Made by a program: the position numbers and the translations under genes. Below the pieces are notes generated by a model that was given only the letters and a program-made list of their open reading frames with translations, did no database searches and was not told where the DNA came from. Shown here one piece after another: positions 8,481-17,809 of a stretch of 44,667 nucleotides of DNA (position 1 is the stretch's first letter; the number at the start of each line of letters is the position of its first letter). The stretch comes from Candidatus Omnitrophota bacterium (GTDB lineage Bacteria > Omnitrophota > Gorgyraeia > Tantalellales > Tantalellaceae), in the NCBI GenBank assembly GCA_015233235.1, contig JADFYD010000001.1, positions 43,909-88,575 on the forward strand, written 5' to 3'.

Positions 8481-8494
8481 GTTTCTTCAACAAC

Positions 8495-8980
8495 CTACAG
8501 ATGCTCAGTACTCTTCATCTTATTGATGATCGCCGTCGTTGAAAATCCTTCGACAAAAGGAATGATCACGACCTTGCCGCCGATAGATTTAACGAATTCG
8601 CCGCCGGCAACATCGCTCTCTTTCCAGTCTCCACCCTTGAAAAGAACAGTAGGCCGTATTTTTTTTATAAGCATTTCGGGCGTATCTTCGCTAAAAACCG
8701 TCACATGGTCGACACATTCGAGACCCGCGATGACACGGCACCTCGCGTTTTCGGCATTTAACGGTCTTGCGTTCCCTTTCAAGCCTTTAACTGAAGTATC
8801 ACTATTCACCCCTACGATAAGAACATCACAAAGTGTTCTGGCTTTTTCAAGGTATTCCACGTGCCCTTTATGAAGAATATCAAAACAACCATTGGTAAAA
8901 CCTACTTTTCGGCCTTTTCGCGTCTCTTCTAACGCGGCGAGGACGAGAGCACCATGAGATTTTATCTTATTTTCAGTCAT
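8495..8980 (-). CDS. hldC: D-glycero-beta-D-manno-heptose 1-phosphate adenylyltransferase (RfaE domain II type)
   Basis: 161 aa cytidylyltransferase fold with FTNGCFDILHKGHVEYL (HxGH). Confidence 0.85.
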   Translation of the reverse strand: MTENKIKSHGALVLAALEETRKGRKVGFTNGCFDILHKGHVEYLEKARTLCDVLIVGVNSDTSVKGLKGNARPLNAENARCRVIAGLECVDHVTVFSEDTPEMLIKKIRPTVLFKGGDWKESDVAGGEFVKSIGGKVVIIPFVEGFSTTAIINKMKSTEHL

Positions 8981-9556
8981 TTAAAATTCCGAATCAATTA
9001 TTTTGCAAAGAATATGTATGATCATTATGTGGGTTTCCTGTATCCGCGCCGTAATTTTAGAATCTACAATTATGGATATATTCGCGATGTCTTTAAGTGT
9101 TCCTCCGCCTTTTCCCGATAATGCAATAACCACGGCCCCTTTCGTTCTTGCGGTATTTACGGCTTCGATAATGTTTGGGGAAGTACCGCTGGTAGATATT
9201 GCCACGACAACATCACCCGCAGCAAGCAGCGCTTCAAGCTGACGGCTAAATATTTTCTTAAAATCATAATCATTACCCGCCGCGCTGATGTTTGCCGGAT
9301 TATCGTTCAATGAAATACATGGCAACGCTTTCCGTTCTTTTTCAAATCTGACGATAAGTTCCGCCGCCAAGTGTTGGCTGTCGGAGGCACTGCCTCCGTT
9401 ACCGAAAGTGATCACTTTATTGCCTGATCTTAACGCTTTTACGATACTTTCCGCTGCTAAAGATACTTTTTCGAGCATTGCCTCGTTTCGAAGAAAATTC
9501 TGCTTTGTGGCTATACTCTCCGCGACAAGCTCACTTATTGTTTTAACGTACGACAT
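8981..9556 (-). CDS. gmhA: D-sedoheptulose 7-phosphate isomerase (SIS domain)
   Basis: Contains FGNGGSASDSQHLAAEL, ISTSGTSPN and ARIQETH motifs. I chose the ATG at 9554-9556 (MSYVKT), which has a GGAGAA RBS and does not overlap the upstream gene. The track ORF extends to 9598. Confidence 0.85.
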   Translation of the reverse strand: MSYVKTISELVAESIATKQNFLRNEAMLEKVSLAAESIVKALRSGNKVITFGNGGSASDSQHLAAELIVRFEKERKALPCISLNDNPANISAAGNDYDFKKIFSRQLEALLAAGDVVVAISTSGTSPNIIEAVNTARTKGAVVIALSGKGGGTLKDIANISIIVDSKITARIQETHIMIIHILCKIIDSEF

Positions 9557-9569
9557 ACTTTCTCCGCAT

Positions 9570-10187
9570 TTATTTTGAAGTATAATCCGGCGAATCACTG
9601 AAATTTTTATTAAAAGCGTCGGTATACCCGGCGCCGTTCTGTTTCACCGGGACCGATTTATCCTCTATTACCTTAACTACATGGATCGCCATGACTATGC
9701 TTTCCTGAATACCCAGCATGGACTGGAGTTTGGTGCTAAGATCACGTTGAATAAACTCGGTAAGTTCCGCCAGATTGCCCTGGCTTTTTATGGTAACGTC
9801 GCCTCTGACATGCAGGGCGTTCTTTTTGGAAGATATGCGTATCCTGATGTTGAATATCTCGGGGATGTCTCTCGCGATTTTGCGAAGTATTTCCTCAACG
9901 GCGGAAATAGCGATAGTGACATCCCCATCGGGGTTCCGGAACGTCAGCATGCCGCCGTCATCGACTGATCTCATTATACGGAGGAAAACGATCGCGCCGA
10001 GTGCGGCTAAGACGGCCCCGACGACGGAAAGAATATTACAAAAGAGCGTATCAGCAAGAAAGTTCTGAGCTATCGACGCCAAGTTATTCGGATCCAGGAT
10101 CTTGAACGAAATTAAAAGTAACAGGCTACCGATGGACACCATAAGAAGCGCGTAAAGGGAAGTGAACACTTTTTTTATGAAATTCAT
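9570..10187 (-). CDS. AmaP-like membrane anchor / Asp23-family-related protein
   Basis: Two N-terminal TM helices are followed by an Asp23-like segment (ISAVEEILRKIARDIPE..VRGDVTIK). The ATG at 10185-10187 has an AAGGAG RBS. The track ORF starts at a TTG (10211). Confidence 0.5.
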   Translation of the reverse strand: MNFIKKVFTSLYALLMVSIGSLLLLISFKILDPNNLASIAQNFLADTLFCNILSVVGAVLAALGAIVFLRIMRSVDDGGMLTFRNPDGDVTIAISAVEEILRKIARDIPEIFNIRIRISSKKNALHVRGDVTIKSQGNLAELTEFIQRDLSTKLQSMLGIQESIVMAIHVVKVIEDKSVPVKQNGAGYTDAFNKNFSDSPDYTSK

Positions 10188-10253
10188 ACGGCTCCTTAGC
10201 CCCGATACCAACGGAACACCCCAGCGCCGGGCATGGCACGGGACGCACTGACA

Positions 10254-11606
10254 TCAATCATTGGGGATCTTTGGAAAAAACTTCTCGATGAAATGTGTCG
10301 AGATCTTGCCGTTCTGGAAATCCGCGTCCGAAAGAACCCTTTTATGAAAGTTGACCGTGGTCTTCGTAGGTTCTACGATAAACTCGTCCAAAGCGCGCAG
10401 CATTGTATTTATGGCCTCTTGGCGTGTTTTGCCATACGCGATCAGCTTCGCTATCATCGAATCGTAATAAGGCGGTATTACATAACCTGCGCAGGCATGC
10501 GTGTCTACCCTTATGCCGTTACCCCCCGGCACATAAAACGACTCTATTTTGCCGGGACACGGGCAAAAATTATTCTCGGGATCTTCCGCATTCACGCGGC
10601 ATTCGATCGCGCATCCGGTAAAAGTAACATCTTTTTGTTTATACGGCAATTCCTGGCCGGCCGCTATTTTGATCTGTTCCTTCACTATATCAATACCGGT
10701 CACCATTTCCGTGACGGGATGTTCCACCTGTATACGCGTATTCATCTCCATGAAATAATATGTGTCGCCGTCCAAAAGAAATTCGATAGTCCCGGCACCT
10801 ATATAGTTGGCGGCTTTAGCTCCCTTGACAGCGTCTTTACCCATTGCCTCTCTAAGTTCTTTGCTAAGTGCGACAGAAGGCGATTCTTCTATAAGCTTCT
10901 GGTGACGGCGCTGAACGGTGCAGTCTCTTTCGCCCAAATGGATAATATTGCCGTAGTTGTCACCGAGGATCTGGAACTCTATGTGCCGGGGGCTTTCTAT
11001 ATATTTTTCCATATACAGGTCAGAATTACCGAACGCGGCTTCCGCTTCGCTTTTCGCCGTCAGAAACGCTCCGACAAGCCGGACATCGTTATGGCAAACT
11101 CTCATACCTTTTCCGCCGCCGCCCGCCGAGGCCTTGATGATAACGGGATACTTGATCCTTTTAGCCTCTTTGAGAGCGTCTTCCTGTGTGGCTATTATGC
11201 CGGCGCTCCCGGGAGTGATCGGTAAACCCGCTTCCTTCATCGTTTTTTTCGCGTTCATTTTGTCGCCCATAAGACGCATACTTTCCGGTGACGGACCGAT
11301 AAATTTAATGTTACACGACTCGCATATCTCGGCGAAGTGCGCGTCTTCCGCCAGAAAACCGTAACCGGGGTGTATGGCTTCGACATCGGTAATTTCGGCG
11401 GCGCTTATTATGTTGGGAATGTTAAGATAACTCTCGGATGAAGGCGCCTTCCCTATACATACAGCCTCGTCGGCAAAATGAACGTGCAATGAGTTAGCGT
11501 CAGCCTGAGAATATACCGCCACGGTCTTTATACCAAGCTCTTTACATGCCCGCATGATACGAAGAGCTATTTCCCCTCTATTTGCGATCAATATTTTTGA
11601 AAACAT
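10254..11606 (-). CDS. accC: Acetyl-CoA carboxylase biotin carboxylase subunit
   Basis: [17 protein letters not shown]... aligns from residue 1 with canonical AccC (ATP-grasp). The track ORF starts 3 codons earlier, at 11615. Confidence 0.95.
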   Translation of the reverse strand: MFSKILIANRGEIALRIMRACKELGIKTVAVYSQADANSLHVHFADEAVCIGKAPSSESYLNIPNIISAAEITDVEAIHPGYGFLAEDAHFAEICESCNIKFIGPSPESMRLMGDKMNAKKTMKEAGLPITPGSAGIIATQEDALKEAKRIKYPVIIKASAGGGGKGMRVCHNDVRLVGAFLTAKSEAEAAFGNSDLYMEKYIESPRHIEFQILGDNYGNIIHLGERDCTVQRRHQKLIEESPSVALSKELREAMGKDAVKGAKAANYIGAGTIEFLLDGDTYYFMEMNTRIQVEHPVTEMVTGIDIVKEQIKIAAGQELPYKQKDVTFTGCAIECRVNAEDPENNFCPCPGKIESFYVPGGNGIRVDTHACAGYVIPPYYDSMIAKLIAYGKTRQEAINTMLRALDEFIVEPTKTTVNFHKRVLSDADFQNGKISTHFIEKFFPKIPND

Positions 11607-11622
11607 ACTTCTCATTTTTATG

Positions 11623-12090
11623 TTATAACTGGGTGTCGATTACAAAAATGGTCTGTCCAAACTCAACGGGGTCGGCATTCTCAACTGGTATCTCCATGAT
11701 CTTGCCGTCATACTCGCTCTTTACTTCATTCATCATTTTCATCGCTTCGAGGATACACAAAACATCGCCTTTCTTCACCATATCGCCTACCCGCACGTAA
11801 GGATCGGCTTCCGGAGAACTCGATCGGTAAAATGTCCCCACCATGGGAGCCTTTACTTCGGTCCCTTTGTTGGCAGGCTTTACTTCGGGCTTAGCCTCGC
11901 TGACCGGCTGTCCCTGTGAAGAATTGACAGACGCAACCTGCTGTAAAGGCATCGGAATGTACTGGTGTTCGACAGCTCCGGCCGACTTTTTAATAAGCCT
12001 CACCTTAGTCCCTTCATGATCGATCTCGACCTCGGTCAGATTATTCTCGTTCATTATTTCAGCAAGCGCCTGAATCTGTTTAATATTCAT
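11623..12090 (-). CDS. accB: Biotin carboxyl carrier protein
   Basis: 155 aa with the C-terminal lipoyl/biotinyl domain and EAMKMMNE biotinylation motif. It lies immediately upstream of accC. Confidence 0.9.
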   Translation of the reverse strand: MNIKQIQALAEIMNENNLTEVEIDHEGTKVRLIKKSAGAVEHQYIPMPLQQVASVNSSQGQPVSEAKPEVKPANKGTEVKAPMVGTFYRSSSPEADPYVRVGDMVKKGDVLCILEAMKMMNEVKSEYDGKIMEIPVENADPVEFGQTIFVIDTQL

Positions 12091-12117
12091 CTTAGGCCTC
12101 TCTTTTTCTGTTTGTCT

Positions 12118-12678
12118 CTAAACCCGTTCGATATATTCGCCCGTGCGCGTATCGATCTTTATTACGTCGCCGGCATTAACGAACAGCGGAACCCTGACAG
12201 TCTTACCGCTCTCCACTTTCGCCGGTTTATTCGCGCCGGTGACAGTATTGCCTTTAAATCCGGGTTCTGTCTCTATAACTTTGAGCACAACATGAATAGG
12301 CATGGTCACTGACAAAAGTTTATTGTCGTGGAAATTTACGGTTATCCTCATGTTGTCCTTTAAGTATTCGGCAGTATCACCCATTACGTTCACCGGTATA
12401 TAAAACTGCTCGTATGTGGTCTCATCCATGACACAATAGCCCATGTCGTCCTTAAAAAGGTACTGTACCATTTTTTGGTCTATATATACCTGCTCAAAAG
12501 TGTCCTCAGGGCGCACCGTTTCTGGGATGATCGCGCCTGACGCCAAATTTCGCAGTTTTGTCCTGACAAAAGCCCCGCCCTTTCCTGGTTTGTGGTGATT
12601 CGCGTCAACAACTTCATGCAGTTGTCCGTTGAAAATTATCACTACTCCCGGTCTCAATTGTTTCGCACCCAACATCAT
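12118..12678 (-). CDS. efp: Elongation factor P
   Basis: 186 aa with the HKPGKGGAFVRTKLRNL loop, typical length and the conserved pepP-efp-accBC context. Confidence 0.95.
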   Translation of the reverse strand: MMLGAKQLRPGVVIIFNGQLHEVVDANHHKPGKGGAFVRTKLRNLASGAIIPETVRPEDTFEQVYIDQKMVQYLFKDDMGYCVMDETTYEQFYIPVNVMGDTAEYLKDNMRITVNFHDNKLLSVTMPIHVVLKVIETEPGFKGNTVTGANKPAKVESGKTVRVPLFVNAGDVIKIDTRTGEYIERV

Positions 12679-13739
12679 ACAGTCAACACCTCACATCCAT
12701 TTTTTGTTATTAATACCATATCTTCCCATCGAATACCACCCACTTTGGGCTTATACAAACCGGGCTCTATGGTCACAACCATCCCTTTTTCAAGGATATC
12801 TTCGGAATTTTCCCTCAGGAACGGCTCCTCGTGTATGTCGAGACCTACTCCGTGTCCCAAGGAATGACGTATATATCCGTTCAAACCGCTGTCTAAAAAA
12901 CGCTTATATGACTTTTTAACAAGATTACCGATCTTGACCCCGGGCCTAAGATCCCGTATGGCATCATCAGAAACAGCGCGCACTGCATCGTAAAAGGCGC
13001 CCAAGGTGCGACCCATTCTACCTTCATGCCATATTCTTGTCAAGTCAGAAGAGTAATCCATATATTTGATACCGAAATCCAAAAGTACAAATTCACCGTT
13101 TTTTAACTTTTTTTTAGTCGGCACTGCATGCGGATGCGCGGAATTAGGACCCGCTGCGACTATGGAAGGGAAAGAATTCTGATAACCGAGTTCTCTGATG
13201 CGCGTGTCCAGCATAGTTGATATTTCGATTTCAGTCATCCCATAAGCGATTCTTTTTTCAATATATTTCCATATTTTCACGGTAGCTTTAGCGGCTGTCC
13301 GCAAAAAAACTATTTCTTCGGCACTTTTAACGCTTCTCATCCTTTCAACGTCATTTTGGACGGTCAAAAGTTTCAGGCCGTTCTTGTTACGCATAGCCAA
13401 ATATCTGTCGAGATCGAAATATCGCGGATAAATACCTATTTTACCTATCTTTTTCGAGAAAATATGATCTAAAATATCTGCGATGGTATTCCCGCGAGCG
13501 ACCGTGAAATTTTTATTTTTTACGGAGTTTCCAACAAGGCTAAAATTCATTCTGTCGCTAAAATATACGGGTTTATCCAACCGCGGGATGAGCAGTGAAA
13601 CCCCGGAAATATAAAACCCTGTGAGGTAAAGTATGTTAGCCCTATCCGACAGCAAAAGCGCATCCACGTCGATGGACCGGAGACTTTTCTGCAAATAAAG
13701 GATGCGGGAGTGTTTTGAAAAAGGCATGATAATATCCAA
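12675..13739 (-). CDS. pepP: M24-family Xaa-Pro aminopeptidase
   Basis: 354 aa with HGVGLDIHEEP and VVTIEPGLY metal-ligand blocks. Confidence 0.85.
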   Translation of the reverse strand: MDIIMPFSKHSRILYLQKSLRSIDVDALLLSDRANILYLTGFYISGVSLLIPRLDKPVYFSDRMNFSLVGNSVKNKNFTVARGNTIADILDHIFSKKIGKIGIYPRYFDLDRYLAMRNKNGLKLLTVQNDVERMRSVKSAEEIVFLRTAAKATVKIWKYIEKRIAYGMTEIEISTMLDTRIRELGYQNSFPSIVAAGPNSAHPHAVPTKKKLKNGEFVLLDFGIKYMDYSSDLTRIWHEGRMGRTLGAFYDAVRAVSDDAIRDLRPGVKIGNLVKKSYKRFLDSGLNGYIRHSLGHGVGLDIHEEPFLRENSEDILEKGMVVTIEPGLYKPKVGGIRWEDMVLITKNGCEVLTV

Positions 13740-14180
13740 TTATTCGCCCAAAAAGTTCATAAGCGCGTCTATACCAAGCAAATAGCTTCTCTTCCCGAAT
13801 CCGCTGATCTGCCCGAGTGCGACAGGGGCGATAAGGGATTTATGTCGGAACCCTTCCCTGGCGTAAATATTGGAAATATGCACTTCAACTGTCGGGATAC
13901 CCTTAGCGCTCAGGGCATCTCTTATGGCGACGCTTGTGTGCGTATACGCCGCCGGATTTATAAGTATCCCGGAGGCGTCAGTTTTCCCTATCTTATCGAC
14001 AATATCGCCTTCATGGTTAGATTGCATAAATTCACATGTAAAATTATTGCGCTTAGCCGACTCACCGATTTCCTCGTTGATCCCGGCCAATGTTTCTCTG
14101 CCATAAATATCAGTTTCCCTTTTCCCAAGAAGATCAAGATTAGGCCCGTGTATCACAAGTATTTTTTTCATATTTCCCAC
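13740..14180 (-). CDS. aroQ: Type II 3-dehydroquinate dehydratase
   Basis: 146 aa: [42 protein letters not shown]. Confidence 0.9.
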   Translation of the reverse strand: MGNMKKILVIHGPNLDLLGKRETDIYGRETLAGINEEIGESAKRNNFTCEFMQSNHEGDIVDKIGKTDASGILINPAAYTHTSVAIRDALSAKGIPTVEVHISNIYAREGFRHKSLIAPVALGQISGFGKRSYLLGIDALMNFLGE

Positions 14181-14203
14181 CTTTATTTTCAGCCGGTTAC
14201 AAC

Positions 14204-14231
14204 TTTGCCCTATGCCCTATGCCCTCTGCCC
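14204..14231. repeat. Heptamer tandem repeat TTTGCCC-TATGCCC-TATGCCC-TCTGCCC (minus strand GGGCAGA GGGCATA GGGCATA GGGCAAA)
   Basis: Read directly from the sequence. It begins 4 nt after the stop codon (14235-14237) of the upstream minus-strand gene. Confidence 0.9.
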
Positions 14232-14234
14232 ATC

Positions 14235-15185
14235 CTATTTCTTCCTAAATACGCTCCAATAAAAATATATAGCGCCGCCGATTATGCTGACGACAAAAAG
14301 TCCCAGAAGCAAAAGTATACTCACCGCGAACGCGGTTTGTTTACCGACAAGGGGTCCAAAAAACGCCACCATCGCCCCTTCTCTGACACCCAACCCTCCG
14401 ATCGAGGGAAGCATGCTGATGAACGATACTACCGGCACCACAAGACATATGTCAAGCAGCCGTACAGACGAGGCTCCGAGGGCCAAAAAGAAAAAATAAA
14501 TGGTAACAAAATACATCCCCTGTGAAACAAAGGAAATAAGAAGAGACTTGACTACAACATCCATCCTCTTCCTGTAGTCGTGTACGATATCATAAACAGA
14601 TTTCAGTTTTTCCCCAAGCCCGCCGAGCTTTATCCTAGAGAAAAACCTTTCGACAAGAAGCGCGATCTTCTCATGAATAACGATCCAAAACATTATCGCC
14701 CCGCCGGAAAGCATGATCAGGATAATTTCGGAAACATATTTAAGCCCTGGCATCTCTCTCTTGTATATAAGAGCCCCGGCCGCCAATATCAGGAATGAAT
14801 ATAGTCCTATGAGCCTATCCATCATAACGCTCGCGTACGCCCTGATCCGGTCCGCTTTGTCTTTGACTGACAAATGCCCCTTCACCAGGTCTCCGCCAAC
14901 GGACGTGGGCATAAAATTGTTAAAGAAATACCCCATATACGTAAGCTGCAAACATTCCAAAAAAGTCATGCTCAGGCTTTCCCCTTCAAATACTATTTTT
15001 AAACGGTAAGCCATAGCCGCTACATTAAAAACAAATATCAGTACAGCCGCCGAAAGATATTTCAGATCGCACGATGAGATCGCTGGTACTATTTCCGGAA
15101 TATCTTTACGTACAAGCCATATCAGAAGCGCCAACAATCCTACGCTTATTATGATCTTCGCCAGAACCAATAACGCTCTCTTCAA
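14235..15185 (-). CDS. Flippase-like / lysylphosphatidylglycerol-synthase-TM-domain (UPF0104) membrane protein
   Basis: 316 aa polytopic membrane protein. The family call is from memory of the UPF0104 pattern. It shows ATGA-type coupling with the upstream patatin gene. Confidence 0.55.
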   Translation of the reverse strand: MKRALLVLAKIIISVGLLALLIWLVRKDIPEIVPAISSCDLKYLSAAVLIFVFNVAAMAYRLKIVFEGESLSMTFLECLQLTYMGYFFNNFMPTSVGGDLVKGHLSVKDKADRIRAYASVMMDRLIGLYSFLILAAGALIYKREMPGLKYVSEIILIMLSGGAIMFWIVIHEKIALLVERFFSRIKLGGLGEKLKSVYDIVHDYRKRMDVVVKSLLISFVSQGMYFVTIYFFFLALGASSVRLLDICLVVPVVSFISMLPSIGGLGVREGAMVAFFGPLVGKQTAFAVSILLLLGLFVVSIIGGAIYFYWSVFRKK

Positions 15186-16027
15186 AATTTCCCCCGGTTT
15201 TGTTTGCGTTTCCTTAACATACCTTTTCTGTAAAAAACATGCATTTTGATCTCTGAATCCATTTTACGTGCGATCTCACGCGCGGCGGCTTCGCCTTGAT
15301 TTATTATGTATTCGGCCTTATCAAAATCGAACTGGTTAACCTCTTTAAGGTCCGGTCTAATGACAACGTTTGCCACATCAGACTGGTACATATTAAGCTC
15401 CTCACCCATTATCTGTATTGACTGAAGGAGGGCCTTGAAGGCATTATCGATCCTTTGTGACGAAACGGCGAAACCGGGGTCGATGGCTACAACGAATGTG
15501 GCACCGAGTCCATATGCGTATTTCGTCGGCACGGAATTCCTGACACCTCCGTCGGCCAGCAATTTTCCTTCATATTCTATTGACGAGAAAAACCCCGGCC
15601 AAGAACAGCTTGCCCTGAGAAGCTTTATAATATCTCCTGAAGTATGCAAAAAACCTTCCCCTGTCTGAATGTCTATTGTCGTAAGCGCGAAAGGTATTTT
15701 CATTTTTTCGAAACTGATATCACCCATCATTTCCACTATGATCTTCTCAAGTTTGTCCCCGCGCAAAATACCCGTCGGGCTGAGTCCGAAATCCACAAGG
15801 TTCGGCCAATCGAATGTGAGCGCCAGTTTTTGGATCTCCTCCGGTTTTTTACCGGAACAAAAAGACGCTCCCACAAGGCTTCCCATACTGCTTCCAATAA
15901 CCATATCAAAGGGGAACTTCTTGCCTGCGTAATAGTCGCACAGAACTTTAAGCACGCCTATGTTGCAAAGCCCCCTTGCGGCGCCGCCGCCCAAAGCTAA
16001 AGCTATTTTAAGTTTCTTAAAAAACAT
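15182..16027 (-). CDS. Patatin-like phospholipase
   Basis: GGGAARG oxyanion motif, GSSMGS (GxSxG) nucleophile and DGGV catalytic Asp motif. Confidence 0.85.
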   Translation of the reverse strand: MFFKKLKIALALGGGAARGLCNIGVLKVLCDYYAGKKFPFDMVIGSSMGSLVGASFCSGKKPEEIQKLALTFDWPNLVDFGLSPTGILRGDKLEKIIVEMMGDISFEKMKIPFALTTIDIQTGEGFLHTSGDIIKLLRASCSWPGFFSSIEYEGKLLADGGVRNSVPTKYAYGLGATFVVAIDPGFAVSSQRIDNAFKALLQSIQIMGEELNMYQSDVANVVIRPDLKEVNQFDFDKAEYIINQGEAAAREIARKMDSEIKMHVFYRKGMLRKRKQNRGKF

Positions 16028-16048
16028 TTTACCGTTTTCTTCCTTTGG

Positions 16049-16849
16049 TCATGAGACGACAACTCCCGCGTACCCCACTACAAGTGAATCGTCTCCATTT
16101 ACTTCACCGCTATCGGCATACCGGATAAGCTCCGCTTTTGTTGCGCCAAGTTTAGCAACCGCGAATAGCATCATGGCTGCTGGCATTACACCGCACATCG
16201 AGATATGGTTTTTTTGAACTGTCTCTACGAGCCCGGCGGCGTCTAACTGCAATATCTTTTCAATGGCCAATTTATCTTTCGTATGAGTTACACCGCGTCC
16301 TTCATAATGGTTCATGTCACTTGAAGCCACGATCATGCACGGGTTTTTAGTCTTTTTTATTGTCTCTGCTATCGCTTCACCGGCTTTTCTCAATTCGGCG
16401 ACCGGAGCATACTGGACGGTTATAGGAACAATATTAAAATCTTTCGATATCGCCTGAATAAAAGGAAGTTGCACCTCCAGCGAATGCTCGTGTCTGTGCG
16501 CCACCCTATCCACCTCGAATAACGGCTCAGCCGTCAAAAGCGTACTGATAAAATTTTCGTCAACGCTGACATTGCCAAGCGGTGTTTTCCATGTTTCATC
16601 GCTTACGGCCATGCGCGCGCCCTCGCCTGTATGGCTGGGAGAGATCACGACATATATCTCTTTAGGCTTAACAGAGGCATAAACTTCACCGGCTACGCTT
16701 CCCGAATACACATATCCCGCATGAGGCACAATGATCCCTAACGCGTCCTTTTTCTTACTGTTACTTGAAATCATTTCCTTAAGCGTTATGAGAAGCTCTT
16801 TTTCGGAAGACGGATAAAAAGACCCTGACACATAAGGTATTCTTGCCAC
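16049..16849 (-). CDS. Memo-family protein (AmmeMemoRadiSam system protein B-like)
   Basis: ARIPYVSGSFYP..., IVPHAGYVYSG and HEHSLEVQLPF motifs. I prefer the GTG at 16847-16849, which has an AAAGGA RBS and does not overlap the upstream ORF. The track ORF starts at a TTG (16921). Confidence 0.75.
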   Translation of the reverse strand: MARIPYVSGSFYPSSEKELLITLKEMISSNSKKKDALGIIVPHAGYVYSGSVAGEVYASVKPKEIYVVISPSHTGEGARMAVSDETWKTPLGNVSVDENFISTLLTAEPLFEVDRVAHRHEHSLEVQLPFIQAISKDFNIVPITVQYAPVAELRKAGEAIAETIKKTKNPCMIVASSDMNHYEGRGVTHTKDKLAIEKILQLDAAGLVETVQKNHISMCGVMPAAMMLFAVAKLGATKAELIRYADSGEVNGDDSLVVGYAGVVVS

Positions 16850-16878
16850 AATTATTCCTTTAGCGCCGAACTTACCTA

Positions 16879-17142
16879 TCAAAAACGCATGAACTGTAGA
16901 AGGTGTATGGTGAAAACGCAAACACCGATAATGACCCTGAAACCTCGCAAAAACTGCTTTGGATACAACCCAGGGCTCCGCGCGATCGAAATAGCCCCTT
17001 CGACGATGAGAAAGATCCCGGCGAAAAACGCGAAATAGTCAATCGTAGCGTCGGCGAATTTTGAGTCAAATACGCAGCATGTTACCACAAAAGTGACTAT
17101 CATGAGCAGCGAAATAATAAGCATGAACAATCTAAAATTCAT
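16879..17142 (-). CDS. Small hypothetical membrane protein (about 3 TM)
   Basis: 87-aa hydrophobic ORF with an ATG start. There is no clear SD sequence. It lies downstream of the pilin terminator. Confidence 0.4.
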   Translation of the reverse strand: MNFRLFMLIISLLMIVTFVVTCCVFDSKFADATIDYFAFFAGIFLIVEGAISIARSPGLYPKQFLRGFRVIIGVCVFTIHLLQFMRF

Positions 17143-17194
17143 ATTAGGAAGAAATTTACCACATTACAGGCGGGAATTCAAGTGGGTTAATAAT

Positions 17195-17224
17195 AAAAGA
17201 GCGGGGAAAAATCCCCGCTCTTTT
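17195..17224 (-). terminator. Rho-independent terminator after the pilin gene (symmetrical A/T flanks)
   Basis: AAAA-GAGCGGGGA-aaaa-TCCCCGCTC-TTTT: a 9-bp GC-rich stem and 4-nt loop, 25 nt downstream of the pilin stop codon. Confidence 0.8.
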
Positions 17225-17248
17225 AAAACTACAGGCCAAAACCTAACC

Positions 17249-17629
17249 TCACAGATGATGCCCTGTATAGGTCCCTACATTCGGACATGCCGGTTGTGTA
17301 GTGTAGTCGCCCACTACGTACGCAGCGCCCGTAGCACCCGTAGCCGGACAATGAGGCTGGGTTTTGATGTAATTCGGTACCAGATCTCCCGCAGCTTCCG
17401 GTGTACCAAGTGTCGGCTCGCCTGTTCCGCCGCCATCCAAAGCCCACAAAGTTTTAGCGCCGTCTATCTGCTTTAGATTGGATATGCAAGCATTCGTCTG
17501 CGCGTTCGCTTTGGCTTTGATAAAATTCGGGATCGCCACTGCCGCCAACAAACCTATAATTGCGACAACGATCATTATTTCGACGAGTGTAAATCCCTTT
17601 TCACCTCTCACCTTCCTGAACAATTTCAT
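17249..17629 (-). CDS. Type IV pilin / pseudopilin with prepilin N-terminal cleavage-methylation motif
   Basis: MKLFRKVRGEKG|FTLVEIMIVVAIIGLLAAVAIPNF is a classical class III signal peptide (G-F-T-L-x-E). An AAGGAGG RBS lies upstream. Confidence 0.9.
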   Translation of the reverse strand: MKLFRKVRGEKGFTLVEIMIVVAIIGLLAAVAIPNFIKAKANAQTNACISNLKQIDGAKTLWALDGGGTGEPTLGTPEAAGDLVPNYIKTQPHCPATGATGAAYVVGDYTTQPACPNVGTYTGHHL

Positions 17630-17699
17630 AACACACCTCCTTGTTTTACACCTATTTATTTATGAATAATGCCGGAGGGGAACTTCCCCTCTAGTATCA

Positions 17700-17727
17700 A
17701 GTTTACACTAAAATACGCCGCTTTCAA
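17700..17727 (-). promoter_or_regulatory. Candidate sigma70-type promoter for the pilin gene (TTGAAA-16 nt-TAAACT)
   Basis: Read on the minus strand. The predicted transcript would begin at about 17693, with the 5'-terminal hairpin GAGGGG-AAGUU-CCCCUC at 17675-17691. Prediction by eye only. Confidence 0.3.
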
Positions 17728-17809
17728 TTTTTGTTAAGAATTTAAATTTCTAATAAAGTATACCTGCGTTTACGGAAATAACAAATCCAGACCGGATATT
17801 TTTACGCAG

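Noticed and set aside
7899-8494. Expected TPP riboswitch upstream of thiC.
   Set aside because: I read both candidate spacers on the sense strand. Neither the CUGAGA core nor the pyrophosphate-helix consensus is present. I could not run a covariance model, so a highly divergent riboswitch is not excluded.
10212-10253. GGGCATGGCACGGG-containing spacer between accC and the AmaP-like gene, as another member of the GGGCA-type repeat family.
   Set aside because: It shows no tandem periodicity and no clean palindrome when read out. The resemblance is limited to a hexamer and could be chance.
10233-11225. 330-aa plus-strand ORF. Similar long plus-strand ORFs occur at 4805-5671, 22235-23104 and 30375-31259.
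   Set aside because: Each lies entirely antisense to a strongly supported minus-strand gene (accC, the ATPase, pilB'/mshEN/pilT and mreB). Each has low-complexity, Arg/Phe-rich translations with no recognisable motifs. They are classic shadow ORFs.
17229-17447. 72-aa minus-strand ORF.
   Set aside because: It is an alternative frame inside the well-supported pilin gene, with a Gly/Arg/Trp-rich translation and no independent signals.
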